64,000 nt of DNA from Azolla caroliniana (lineage: Eukaryota; Plantae; Polypodiophyta), in contig JBHGNT010000004.1 of the NCBI GenBank assembly GCA_043228905.1, positions 13,144,001 through 13,208,000 on the forward strand. Reading direction: 5' to 3'. Of the stretch, positions 1 through 12,783 are shown piece by piece. The notes below the pieces were generated by a model. The model saw only the letters and a program-made list of their open reading frames with translations. It was not told the DNA's origin and searched no databases. Every line of letters begins with the position of its first letter. Within the stretch, counting starts at the first letter, position 1. The translations under genes were made by a program, and so were the position numbers.

Positions 1-1250
1 GACCATTCTTGCGGAGTCGCTTTAGTACTAATAGTACATGAGAATCGTGCTCTTGCTGGGTCTTCGAATAAATTAATAGATCATCAAGATAGATGATCAA
101 ACAGATATCCAAGAGGTCTCTGAATATATCATTTGCCATGTGTTGGAAGACTGCGGGTGCATTAGTTAGGCCGAATGGCATAACAGTATACTTGAAATGC
201 CCATACCGCGTGCGAAAGGCGGTCTTCCGTTCATCTCCCGGTCGGATCCGCACGAGGTTATACGCTCCTCGTAGATCGATTTTGGTAAAAAAACTTGGCA
301 CCATTAACTCGCTCCAAAAGACTTGATATAAGAGGAAGTGCATACCTATTCCGGATGGTGACCTTATTCAATCCGCGGTAATCAACGACGAGACAAATTG
401 AGCCATCTTTCTTCTTGACAAAGAAGATGGGTGCACCGGCCGGAGATTTCGAATGACGGATGAACCCGCTTGCCAAGTTCTCCTCTATGTAGGCTCGAAG
501 GACTTCTAACTCGGTGGGTGACAAGTTGTAAATTGGTCCCCATGGTGGCTCGGTTCCTGGTTGTAAATCGATGGGATAGTCATAGGGACGGTGATGAGGA
601 AGGGTACCGGCTTTTACCTTGTCAAATACATCGGCATAAGGATGATATTTTGCCGAAAGTTGTACTGAGGAGTCCTTCTTAATAGTGCTGGAAGGATGTA
701 TTGATATTGCAAATATGAACATTGCCTCCTTGTGTCCTTCTTCGCGTAATTGATGGAGTGAAATGGTCGAAACTCGGTGAGTAGATTCTTGGGGTGGTCG
801 ATAGCGGACTTCTCTTGTTCTCCAATCTATGGCTGGATTATGTAATTCAAACCAAGGTAATCCTAGGACAATGGGATGCTCTGGACTACTAATTATATTA
901 AATGATACTACACACACAAAACTACGTAGGACAACTTGAATGGGTTCTGATTCTTCTACAATATTCCCGGAAGCAATGGGACAACCATCAATGACTACTA
1001 CAGATGCGGGACAAGGAAGTTTTCTTAGGGATATCTGAGAAGCTTGGGCAAAATTTCGATCTATGAAACAAGAATTAGCTCCAGAATCTAAGAGTGCTAG
1101 GATGGGTACTGGGGGAGTACTTTTAGTACTAACAATGACTTGGGCTAGGAACACATTGCTAACTTGCTTGGAAGGAATGGAACCACTAATGGGCTGTACA
1201 GATCTAGGGCTGCTGTCCAACCAAACGGCTCCTATTTTGGCTGGACTCAA
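1..1250 (-). pseudogene. pol: pol (protease + reverse transcriptase), broken by a 1-nt frameshift near 290
   Basis: ORF 258-1250 has LLDSGANSCFI and the RT N-terminus. After the A-run at about 287-293 the RT continues in another frame ([29 protein letters not shown]...YLDD). Confidence 0.88.
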
Positions 1251-2401
1251 TCGTTTAACTCTTCATCTAATTGACTAAGGATTTCAAATTTGTTTGAGAT
1301 ACTTGGGCTATTAGTACTATGAATACTATCTGACACTCTATTAGTACTATTAATACTATCAGACACTCCGAAGGGAAGAATTGACTCGGGTTTAGTACAG
1401 GCGACGATTTGATTTACCTGTCTTCTTGGCCTATGGGGACAATTGATGGCGATATGCCTTGCTCCACCGCAATAAAGGCATAATCTATTGGCACGTCGTC
1501 GTTGCTTTTCTTCTTCCGATAACGGGCCGCGTCGACGCATGGTGTCAATCTCCATCGGTGTCGGAATATTGGCTTGAGGTACATCGCGTGCAAACGGTTT
1601 AGCCGTGACTGAGGCGTATGTGGGTTCCGGCCAAGAGCGTGGTATTTGTAACTGACGCTCCGAACGCCGTTCGAAAAGGCGGTTGTCGCATCGGACCGCT
1701 CGACTGATTGCCTCCGTAAGAGAGTTTGGTTCTTCGGGGAAGGTTAAAAGCAGATCTTTGACATCATTGCGCAAGCCGTAGCGAAACTGCTCCATGAGGG
1801 CCTGATCATCCCAAGGAATATCTGAGGCGAGTAGACGGAAATCCGCCGCGTAGGCAGAGGCTGGACGATCGCCTTGACGCAATCTTCGGATCTTGTTGAT
1901 CGTCGTCCTGATGCTGTCGGTATCTCCAAAGCAGGCTTTAAACTCACCAATAAAATCTTCAAAGTTATTAAACAAGGGGGATTGTTTTTCTAGAAGCGGA
2001 GCGAACCATGCCAAGGCTGAGCCGCTAAGTAACGTGCCTATTAGGCCGACTCGAGATGCATCAGTGGGATATCGGGAAGGATGCATCTGGATGACTAAGC
2101 GTACCTGATTAAGGAATCCCCGGAATTGCGATCGCGTTCCATCAAATTTCACAGGAAGTCCAATCTTGGGCTCTTTATGAAATCCTTGGGGACTTGATCC
2201 TTGTTGCAACGCTTCGTCGAGTTGTTGTACCCGTAATGCAAACTCCCCATGTTGTTGTTGCGTTTGTTGTTTTTCGAGAGCGATTTGTTGCAGATCCCCT
2301 ATCAACCATTGGTTTTCTTGTTCCAGGGCAACAAAATTTTCTTTTAGGCACTGTAACTCGGAGAAAACGGATTGATATTCTTGGGCGCTAATAGTAGCCA
2401 T
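1247..2401 (-). CDS. gag: Retrotransposon Gag (Ty3 capsid, CCHC knuckle), intact 384 aa
   Basis: N-terminal coiled coil, KFDGTRSQFRGFLNQ, LRQGDRPASAYAADF, PTPMEID and CLYCGGARHIAINC. Confidence 0.92.
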   Translation of the reverse strand: MATISAQEYQSVFSELQCLKENFVALEQENQWLIGDLQQIALEKQQTQQQHGEFALRVQQLDEALQQGSSPQGFHKEPKIGLPVKFDGTRSQFRGFLNQVRLVIQMHPSRYPTDASRVGLIGTLLSGSALAWFAPLLEKQSPLFNNFEDFIGEFKACFGDTDSIRTTINKIRRLRQGDRPASAYAADFRLLASDIPWDDQALMEQFRYGLRNDVKDLLLTFPEEPNSLTEAISRAVRCDNRLFERRSERQLQIPRSWPEPTYASVTAKPFARDVPQANIPTPMEIDTMRRRGPLSEEEKQRRRANRLCLYCGGARHIAINCPHRPRRQVNQIVACTKPESILPFGVSDSINSTNRVSDSIHSTNSPSISNKFEILSQLDEELND

Positions 2402-2474
2402 AGTATAGGGAAAAGGGTAGGAGGATGAGGGAGAACGACAAGTAGGCTAGAGGAAAGGGCAAATTGGTTCAAAC

Positions 2475-2905
2475 TGTCAGGAATAGTACTAAAGCAGAGA
2501 TGGAATTAGTACTAAGAAGAACAATACTATTAGTACTAAGAGGACGGGACTGCGTAAGATTCCCGAGAGAGAGGAAGTGAGAAGAGGAGAGAGAGAGAGA
2601 GAGAGAGGATGATGACAACAGCTCTTATATTATATGAAAGATAAGTACAAATCGGCTAAGAGGCTTAAGACTGGTGTTGAACCAATTTGGTTCAACATAA
2701 TGCCTAGTGCCTTCTTTTATAGTGTTGTCAGGAGTAATCCTGAAACTTCTAGAATGTTCCAGAGAAATCTGGAATATACATTACTTTCTTATAATAAAAC
2801 ATAAATGAAAATAATATCCTATGAATTACAATAGATGGTGTGATGGTTAAGAGCTCGACCCATATACTATAAGGTCATGGGTTCGAGTCTTGCCATCTCA
2901 TGACA
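2475..2905 (-). repeat. 5' LTR of the chromovirus-type element
   Basis: TGTCA...TGACA termini, minus-strand TATAAAA at 2715-2721, (GA)n at 2567-2607. The flank after 2905 resumes another LTR (matches 8221 onward). Confidence 0.88.
2833..2898 (+). promoter_or_regulatory. tRNA-like Pol III cassette in U3, antisense to the LTR
   Basis: A box TGGTGTGATGG (2836) and B box GGTTCGAGTCT (2880) at tRNA spacing, enclosed by AGATGG/CCATCT. Confidence 0.7.
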
Positions 2906-3531
2906 CCTTCTATAATACAATATTGTCTTCTCTGATTTCCTTGCATGTGCAAGTTGTCTATTAATTAGGTGTTGTACTCCATTGTAACTGTGTGCTAGTA
3001 AGCGTAGGGTAAGTGTGTATATGACATCACGCACTGCTGAGCTTCGCTTGTAGCCGTCTCCCTTCACGCCCAGAGGATACGCTTTCCTTTGTAAGCCGGT
3101 TACGATTCACGCACATATGGATCTATTCCCTGCACCGCAATCACCTTGAACTCTACCTCGAAGGATTGTCAATAGATAGTGTTCCAAGCCGGTAACACTT
3201 TTGGCACGCCAGATGATCCGTGGTTCTGCACAGACGAGCGGAAAGGTATGGATGACTAGTCGTAGACGAGCCAAAGAACCGACCCGACAAAATCGACCAA
3301 TGATGAGGTCTATCACTCGCCAGACAAAAGAGTGCTAAGCGAAAACCTCGCCTCAGTGACCACCTCTTCTCCTTTTAGGACTACACGGTAGACTCCACGC
3401 TCACAGAACAATGCGACGTCGACCACGAAGCCCTGTCACCACATGATCAAGGTAGTACGAATAAACGCCACAATAGTCCACATCATGAAAGCAGAAGTCT
3501 TCCCCTGCTGATCGTCACCATAGCGTCTGGA

Positions 3532-6500
3532 ATGGCTTTCTCATACACCCGCTTCAACGAAGAAGTAGACGCTTCTAGCCACATTCGGCTATTCCTCAAT
3601 GTTTGGAATGCTAATCAAATGGCGCAACAGTTTCCGAAGGCGGAAGCTCACAAATCAAAGATCGCCGAGTTTGGGTTAACTTTGGATGGTCGAGTGGTGT
3701 GTTGGCATTCTTAGATGGACTTGGAAGCAATCACAACCTTGATCAACTGCAATCGGCATTCTTGTGGTTTTTTCATCGGAGGGTACTACAACGAGAAATC
3801 ATTGGGCATTTCTACACCATCAAGCAGTTGCCAACAGAATACGTTGCGGATTTTAGTCTACGGTTCCAGAGTCTACGACGATAACTTACACGAGCTCCAA
3901 CCGACGAAGAGGCTAGGGACACTTTTTTGGCAGCTTTAAGGCGACCTATCCGAACAACGTTGAACACGCATAGTGTGAAAGGGGAGACAACCGATATGGT
4001 CATCGAGCGAGCATTACCGCTTGAATTAGAGGAAGAAGATGAGGGACTGTCCATGGCATCACTACGGCAGGCGTTGCCTTAGGAAGAGGAACATCGATTT
4101 CGCTAGGCCATTCAATGTACGATCTGCTTAAACTCTAGGCATTCCGCAGTCGAATGTAAAATGCGAATACATTGCCCCGTTTGCCATTCACGAGCACACA
4201 CGGTGGACCAATGTGAGTATAATATGCTAAATAGGACCACACCCGTAGTATGGCGTATGGAGCCACAACAACAACAACAATCTTGCAGGAATGATTCAGG
4301 ACGACAAGAGGAAAGTCCCTGGTATACAGACCGGAATCAGCGCATGGAGCACCAGTATCGTAAAAACCGTAACAAACAATTGTGGAGGATTCAACGAGGC
4401 TCGTCCAAACGGAAACAATCGTCAGCATAAGGACCAACGCCATTATGAAGAAAGTTCAGAGGACGACCGACGTGAAGAGCCATGCCAGGAATACCGTTAA
4501 CAACCTCGGAATAACAGGCAACTTCAGCATAACCAAGACGAACAAGCAGTACCGGTAGAAACTAATACACCTCCAGTAGTAGAAAGAGGCGAGTCCAGCA
4601 TACTCTTTTTCGTGTGTCAACAACTCGGTCATTACTCGACGCAGTGTCCATGTCGAAAAGGAAAGGATGCCACCGTGAATACCATCACAACAGAAGTCCA
4701 GCAAGTCACAACACGACAACAGGTGAAGAATGCAAACGGGGCAGAAAAGATGAGATATGCAAGGCAGCCCAGGTCTAGGTAGAAAAAGAAAATGCAGCAA
4801 ACGCGGAGCGTATGAAGCAGGAGTTCGCAAACGACAGTTTGCCGATGAAAGAAAACACATCATCACCGGATCCCATATGGCAAGCATTGGCGGACTATGA
4901 GATAACAATGACCATGGAGAAGCTTCTCCGATTGGTGCCACGATTCCAGTAGGACATGGAAAATCGCATAAGGGGCACAACTGAATTAGAGGTCTCAACA
5001 AATTTTGCGGAGTCTAGTACCGGACCAATAGTGGTAGATCATCACAATCCAGCCATTAAGTTGGTTCTGCAAGGTCAGGAAATCTCGGGATGTATCATTG
5101 ATGGGGGGTCTGGTGTTAATGTCATCAGTATGAATATATGCGCACGACTAGGAATTACAAATTGGGAAGCATGCCCTTTCTGGCTCCGCATGGCAAACAC
5201 CCGCTCTGTCAGACCCCTAGGGTTAATCTGGAAATTAGGCATTGTCATTGGCGGCCATCGCTTCAACATATCTGTGGTAGTGCTCGCACTAGACGCTCCG
5301 GGAACGTACCCAATATTGCTCGGCGACCTTGGCTACGCTCAGCCAACATCAAACAGAATTGGCAGCATAATTGTATCAGCTTCCAGCATACCTAGATGAT
5401 CACCCACGGATCGTTCCATTATTCGAAATTGACGTAATAGAAACCGCTGCGGAATACACCCAAACTAATACGATTCAGGAAGATGAATACGAACCGAACC
5501 CAAAGTCGCTAATGGAGTTAAGTAGAGCAAGCGTTCGAGAGAGAAATGGAAATCTCATGACGAGTCACCGCTTCGAGATTAGAAGAAGTCAATATCGGAA
5601 CCTCGACTACTCTCAATTGCGAAGGACTTGGTCCCAAGTGAGAAGACGACAATGATAGAACTGCTGAAGGAATATAAGGATGTTTTCGCATGGTCACATG
5701 AGGACATGTAGGGGTTGGATCCAAAATTTGATCAGGACAAGATCAACTTGCCCACGGATCGTTCCATTATTCGAAATTGACGTAATAGAAACCGCTGCGG
5801 AATACACCCAAACTAATACGATTCAGGAAGATGAATACGAACCGAACCCAAAGTCGCTAATGGAGTTAAGTAGAGCAAGCGTTCGAGAGAGAAATGGAAA
5901 TCTCATGACGAGTCACCGCTTCGAGATTAGAAGAAGTCAATATCGGAACCTCGACTACTCTCAATTGCGAAGGACTTGGTCCCAAGTGAGAAGACGACAA
6001 TGATAGAACTGCTGAAGGAATATAAGGATGTTTTCGCATGGTCACATGAGGACATGTAGGGGTTGGATCCAAAATTTGATCAGAACAAGATCAACTTGTC
6101 CACGACGCGAAACCTGTGCAGTAGCGTCGCTATCGAATGAACCCGAATTACGCGGTTCGTGTAAAAGAAGAAATTGACAAACTTCTAAAAGTAGGGTTTA
6201 TCCTGCCAGTGAAGTAGGCCATGTGGCTGAGCCTGATAGTCGTGGTACCAAAGAAAAATGGTAAAATCCGCATTTGCATGGATTATCGTAAGCTTTATGT
6301 CATGACGATTACGAACGTGTTTCCCTTACCCTTCACCGATAGCGTACTAGATGCGGTCGCGGGCCATGACATGTACAGTTTCCTAGATGGTTTTAGTGGA
6401 TACAATCAGGTAAGCATGCACCATGACGACCAGGAGAAGACTGCGTTCATCACGGATTGAGGTGTTTTCGTCGTTGTGGTCATGATGTTTGGGCAAAAGA

Positions 6501-7875
6501 CGGTGCCTGCCACTTTCCAGCGAACAATTACAGAGATTTTTGGGGAGTACATACCCGCCTTTACGCAAGTCTTTCTCGACAATTTTGCGGTATCTGGAAC
6601 ACGAGGTGAACATTTGGGCCATCTGCGACTTTGTTTGGAGTGTTTTCGTACGTCACGCCTTAGCCTTAATCCGGCCAAATGTGCATTTGGCGTCACCAGT
6701 GGAGCATTTGTCATGATGATCATTGAAGCAAAGACTCTGAATAAAGCCAAAGCCCTCAACCGCTTCCTAGGTCAAATATGTTGGCATAGCCGCATGTTAC
6801 GATACTTGGCAGATTTTTCCACCCCATTACACGCCATCATACATCGAATGCCCTTCACACAGACGGGAATAAAAGAGAAAGCTTACGTCGCAGTCAAGAT
6901 AATGTTAACCCAAGCACCGGTCGTACAACCACCAGATTGGGCTAAACCTTTTCACGTCCTTGTGGATGCCTCGGATATAGCAATAGGCAGTGCATTGATG
7001 CAACTCACAGAGCCAAATTGGTACAAACCGGTCTATTACGCCAATCGTAAGCTACCAACTGCCGAGAAAAACTACTCCACAATTGAGCGTGAAGCTATCA
7101 AATTCCGGCATTATCTGCTAGGGTGCAAATTTAGGTTTCACATAGATCACGCAATGTTACTGTATCTAGTTGAGAAACATGCACTGACAGGGAAGCTGTC
7201 TAGATGGATGCTGCTGCTCTAGAGTTTGGATTCGGAATTCAACATTAGCTGGGCACGAAGCATGTCGTAGCTGATTTCTTAATCAAAGTGGATAATGGAG
7301 ATAATGTGGTGAGGGATGATGACGACTTTCCTGACGTTGACATTTGAGGATCGTGACTATGGCGTCACAGGCAGAAAAGATTTTTTTGGATCGTTGGCTG
7401 ATGGAAATGACGTACTTTTTGACCATGGGACTGCCACCTCCGCAGCTAAGGACGGATGAAAAGAAACAGTTGGTTGTCCGCAGTGGTAACTTTTGCCTGG
7501 TCTAAAGAGTAACTTCACCACACGGGCAACGATGGGATCTGGCAACGCGGGATACACCAGGATGAAAAGGAAGCCGTTCTACACGAAGCTCATTGCGGTA
7601 TGGTTGGGGGACATTACGCACGCGATGTTACGACCCGAAAAATATGGCAAGCAGGTCTATGGTGGCCAACTACGCCAAAAGATGTGTATCAATACTGTAG
7701 TCAGTGTGATCTATGTCAATGGTTGGGGCAACCTACGGAGCTCGCAAGGATGCCACACCAACCGGTTCTTCCGCTGGATCCATTCCAGAAATGGGGTCTG
7801 GATTTTGTCGGTCCCTTTATGCCGGCAACAAATTTCTTTACGAATACATGTGGTGTTGTTTTTGTTGCCCAATAG
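3532..7875 (+). pseudogene. Fragmented gag-pol
   Basis: ORF pieces 3532, 3699, 4161, 4956, 6221, 6476 and 7600 fall in gag-PR-RT-RH-INT order with many stops and frameshifts; most of the integrase core is deleted. Confidence 0.85.
5403..6098 (+). repeat. Near-perfect 348-bp tandem duplication
   Basis: 5403-5750 is essentially identical to 5751-6098; the ORF track shows identical translations for 5518-5724 and 5866-6072. Confidence 0.95.
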
Positions 7876-8512
7876 AGCTCCTCAATGATCATGAAGTGGA
7901 CGACACACAATTGGATGAGCCGGTCGAGCCGAACAACGAAGCACCTATGGACACCATGCCGTCTCCGGACCATGTCGTACGGATGGAGTCGAACATCCTG
8001 GACATTTTTAACGTGAGTAGAGGGATGGGTCCGACGTGCCAGGTGTTGTCCGCCGGAATGGTAACCGCCGGACCTAACGCTTAAACGAATAGAATATATT
8101 ATTACAAGCGTTAAAGAAACACATGTAATGGTTCACACAAGGAGCATAACAGACTAAAAGCCTTGTGTATATAAAGGGCAGAAATCCTCTGTAAAAAGCT
8201 AGCGTGTATTTGGAGAGATACCTTCTGTAATATAGTACTATCTTCTCTGATTTCCTTGTCGGTGCAAGTTTTCTACTAAATAGGTGTTGTACTTTATTGT
8301 AACTGTGGGCTAGTAAGTGTAGGGTGAGTGTGTATATGAGATCATGCATTGGTGAGCTTCGGTTGTAGCAGTCTCCCTTCACGCCCAAACGATACGCTTT
8401 GCTTTGTCAGCTAGCTACGATTCACGCACATACGGATCTATTCCTTGCACCGCAATCACCTTGAAGTCTACCTCGAAGGACTGAGAGTAGACAGTGTTCC
8501 TAACTGGTAACA

Positions 8513-9971
8513 ACACTCATTAGGACTTTATCAAACACCAAGATCAAGCCTCTTCTTTTGACTTCTAATAGTTTAGGTTTCCATTCCTGTAAATGAGCCT
8601 CTCTTACACCAATTATTGGTAGCACACGATCAATTTCAATCAACTCAGGTTCTGTCGGCACAATTGGTGTCCTTTTCCTCTTCAAACCCCTGATTGACTG
8701 TGTTGGGCCTGGCTTCACATTCTGATGCTCTTGTGTTGTCGACTTAGTCATTGGCTCCGTGCAAGTAGATACTAATCTGGTTGATATCAGCCCACTGGTA
8801 TCACATGTTGCATCTACGTGCAAAATCAAATCATAAGTGCAACATGCTTGATCAACTTGCGTGACCAGATCATTTGTGTCAGTCAGTTGCTACATCTACT
8901 TTCAAGATGTGGCCCTCTAAACACTCCCATTGGCCTTAGGAGCAATAGATTCAAACCCTTCAGACTCTGTAACATCAAAAAACACCAACATATTCACAGT
9001 CACAAAGTAACTAATAGTCTCACAAAACAACATAATGAACATGAAATATTTTCCATCATAGAACAACAACATGAACATAAATATCTTCGAGAAACATCAT
9101 AGAGTTCTATTACATAATGTGGATCAAGCAACAACCAATCTAAGGTTTTACTTGTCCAAATAGATCATTATAGTAAAACTTCATAAAACCCTAGGAAAAT
9201 CACTACCAATCATATCCCACTAATAAGTATTTCGCTCCAATTCAAGAGCCCCTTGACCAAGTAACTGGTCTTGTCCCCGATCGTGGCCCCTTCTTCAGCC
9301 TTTTTCTAGCCGGTTACCCATTTAGCCTTGCTTCTTTGACCCATTGCACAAATGTGTCCTCCTCCGACAACCTTTCCATCACCTCAGCAACGGCTTGCAC
9401 GTTAGCCACGTCTTCTGCAAGCTTTTCTAGTACAGTGGGATCTATTTGGACATTATCAATAGTTGGGCTCAATGGGGTGGAATCAAGGTTTTGGGATTCG
9501 AAGAAATGTTGCATCAAGTGTTCAAAAACATTGTTGTTTCCAATATTTCATCACTTTTCATATTGTTGCCTAATTCAGTACCATCTTCCAAAAGAATAGG
9601 GTGGAGTTGATTTGAAGGAGATGTGATAACAAGACTCTTACTTTCAGCCACGTTGGCCATTATCTCCTCATCGGTTGCAGCATCATCAGCACCACACACC
9701 TCATGCACCCTCCTTAACCCACAAGATTCTACAACAACATGGTCGCTAATTAGTTGTACAACTTAGCTAAATTTACTATTCTTCTAGACTATGACAGTAG
9801 CTAATTAGCTACTCAACTAAAGTATGGTAATAGCTAATTAGCCACTATAACTAAAGTATGGTAGTAGCTAATTAGCCACCACTTAGCTATTTAGTTATTG
9901 TACTAAACTATGGTAGTAGCTAATTAGCTATTGTACTAGAATATGGTAATACCTAATTAGCTACCACTTAG
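8513..9971 (-). other. Non-retroelement relic: exon-like ORF pieces plus a TAGCTAATTAGC repeat array (possible DNA transposon)
   Basis: Minus-strand ORFs 8500-8829, 9314-9517 and 9514-9708 have no retroviral motifs; acceptor-like GTTACAG near 8965; motif array at 9745-9970. Confidence 0.4.
9745..9970. repeat. Array of the palindromic motif TAGCTAATTAGC(TA) in about 33-bp units
   Basis: About 7 copies, e.g. (g)gtagtagctaattagc at 9798, 9831, 9864, 9915 and 9950; the motif recurs at 19215-19255. Confidence 0.85.
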
Positions 9972-12783
9972 TGTTGAGTTACAAGCTCAATAATGGCCGG
10001 ATCGGTGCAGAAACCGGTGCGTAAATTGGTGCGCAACAAGAGACCAGATCGATGCGGAAACCGGGAGGCTGTTGAACAGATATTCCGCAAGGGAATATAT
10101 TTGGGAGCTAGTGTCGGAGCTCAGTTATGAGCATTAAAGTAGGTGTCAGTCCGTCTGGACTTGTCTAAAACTGCTCCCTGAGCACATCCTATGTATAGAG
10201 TTTTACACATTATTTTGAATTTAGTTTTTTCTGTGTGTTCATTCGCTCTCTGTCTCTCCTGCGTACATTGTGTCTTAAGCTCTGCATTAAACTTATTTTT
10301 CTCTGTCGGTATTCTGTGTTTTGTATAGCTTCTACACGTTACATTTCACATGGTATCAGAGCGCGAGAGTTGAGAACCTCTACAACAAACTTCAGCTCGA
10401 AACAATAACAAAAAAAACCTAATCTTGGTGAAGAACAAAAAGGAAAAAATGGATAGAGGTACGGCTAGTCTACTTCCAACTGAGAAGCTCAACGGAAGTC
10501 ACTATGCATCTTGGTCGTACAAGACCAGTACCTGCTCGGACATGGATATTGGTGCTATGTCGACGGAGCAAATGATGCAGCACCCGAATCCACACATAGG
10601 CACTTCCCGACCTGGGAACAGTCAGCGAGCAGAGTTCTCTACTGCTTCGCGTACTCTGTGAGCGAACAACTCTTCAGCTACATTTGGGATGCAAGAACGC
10701 CGAAGGATGCTTGGGGAAATCTGAAAAAGATTTTCGCCGCAAGCACCCCAACCAAGAAGCTCCAACTCAGATAGGAGTTGGCAATGTGCGTCAACGCGAC
10801 ATGACGGTGGCTGACTACACCTCCAAGATAAAGGATATCTATGATTCCCTCACCTCCATCGATTTGAATGTTGAGGAGAGTGAAATGGTGCAGATCTGGC
10901 TCGGAGGATTGGCGTCGAAGCTCAAAGCATTCCGAACTGCTATTTGTACAAGGGAGAATACACCGTCATTTTTCGACTTCCAATCGATGCTCCTTCTAGA
11001 GGAGAATCACGCGGGTGCATTGACAAGTACGCACGCCTATAGCAAGATGTTGTACACGGATGGAGATAGGCCTAGTGGTCATGGTGGACGAGGTGAATCG
11101 GCGCGTAATGGAGGCAGCCGAAGGGTGCAAGGACAAAGGCATCGTGGTGATGCTGATAGCAAATTTGGACCCTCCGGAAGCAGGGGGATTCGAGGAGGGG
11201 ACGAGAACTAGCAAGGGAAACATGCCGCGGAATGCTAGTATTGTGGCAAGAAAGGCCACAAGGAGAGTGGGTGCTGGAAGAAGCGCGGCGATTTGGAGAA
11301 AACCGGATCCGAATCCGGACTGACCGAACAAGGAAATCGGCAGCGAACACACTTCGCCGAAGGATCTGAAAAAGTCGGAAAGGGGTCAGCCTTCGTGACA
11401 AGACACGACGCAAACTTGATGAAGAAGACTACCCCGAAATAGGATGAAGTGTGGTATGTTGACTATAGAGCGTCGAACCATCTGATGATCCATAAAGAGT
11501 GGTTCTCATATGTGGAAAAACCGGGAGTAGTTGCAACAGGAGACGACACTCTACATCCGATCGTGCATGTAAGTGAAGTTCCCCTCAGCCACATCAACCC
11601 AAAAGGGAAGCTAATGAACGTGCTACATGTCCCAACAATTACAAATAATTTGGTGTCAATGGGATAGATGGTCGGCCAGGGGATGCAAGTCCGGTTCACG
11701 CATCTCGGGCGCTTCATCGAGGAAGAAGGCCAATTTATTGCGCAAGGGCACAGAGATGGGGGGATGTTCATCCTCGACACCAATGACGTAGGCCAGCCAT
11801 GTTCACGAAAGGGCAAAAAGTAGAGTCGGATATTGATTTGTGGCATAAGAGGATAGGCCATGTCAACTACCAAAGGCTTCAAGACATGCAATCGAAACAA
11901 GTTGTGTTCGGATTGCCAAAATTCAGTGGTCGAAAGGCCCAAATTTGTGAAGCTTGCCAACTAGGGAAGCAACACCGACTTCCATTCCCCAACGATCGTA
12001 ATCGAAACCGAACTAAGTTCGACTTGATACATTCAGATGTAGGGGGAGCGGCACAGAACGTGAGTCCTGGTGGGAGTCGATATTTCATCTCCTTCATCGA
12101 CGACTATAGCTGGCACACATGGATCTACCTCATCGAAAAGAAGTGTGAAGTCTTCAACTATTTTCGGAGCGTCAAAAATCTTGTCGAAAGGGAAACAGGG
12201 AGGAAGATCAAGTGTTTGCGGTCGGATGGCGGAAAAGAGTACTTTTCTAGCCAATTCAATAGTTATCTGCAACAAATGGGAATTCGGCGCGAATTCAGTT
12301 GCAGGTATACGCTGGAGCAACACAATGTAGCCAAAAGGAAGAATCGGTCGGTTGTGGAAGCGGCGCGGGGAATGCTGGAAGAAAAGAGCATGCCCAAGTT
12401 CTATTCGACCGAAGTGGTCCAAACTGCAGTCTACATCCAGAATCAGATCGGTGTGAAAGTGTCGGCACATGAGCTGTATTTCGGAAGGAAGCCGAATCTA
12501 CGACACTTGAGGGTTTTCGATAGCATCACGTATGTGCATGTGACAAAGCAGAAGCGGAGGAAGTTAGACACGAAAGTCGAGAAGTATACGTATCTTGGTC
12601 GGCTATTCAGACAAATAGAAGGTTTATAAGTGTTATAACCCCGGAACCAAGAAAGCTCACGTAAGTCATGATGTTCTGTTTGATGAGTCCGCGTCTTGGT
12701 ATTTGCCTCCGACTCTGAACCTCAGCTCCAATTCAAGTTCTGAAGATGAGGTCAGCGAGGCTGAGATGCCTGCAGATTAACGC

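Larger units (their letters stand above)
1..2905 (-). mobile_element. Ty3/gypsy chromovirus-type (Tcn1/Tf1-sushi-like) LTR retrotransposon, 5' part; runs off the window start
   Basis: LTR 2475-2905 (TGTCA...TGACA), gag 1247-2401, protease LLDSGA, RT motifs [33 protein letters not shown] and YLDD. Inserted in the LTR of the next element. Confidence 0.92.
2906..8512 (+). mobile_element. Degenerate non-chromoviral Ty3/gypsy (Tat/Athila-type) element
   Basis: 5' LTR remnant 2906-3197 matches 8221-8512; PBS-like TGGCACGCCAG at 3202 (resembles tRNA-Arg complement); gag about 3530-4700; PR IIDGGSGVNV; RT FLDGFSGYNQ/VFLDNF; RNase H VDASDIAIG; truncated INT (WGLDFVGP); 3' LTR about 8044-8512. Confidence 0.88.

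Noticed and set aside
1247-2401. Domesticated PEG10/RTL-like host gene
   Set aside because: It retains an LTR, a priming site and RT, and is nested in another element.
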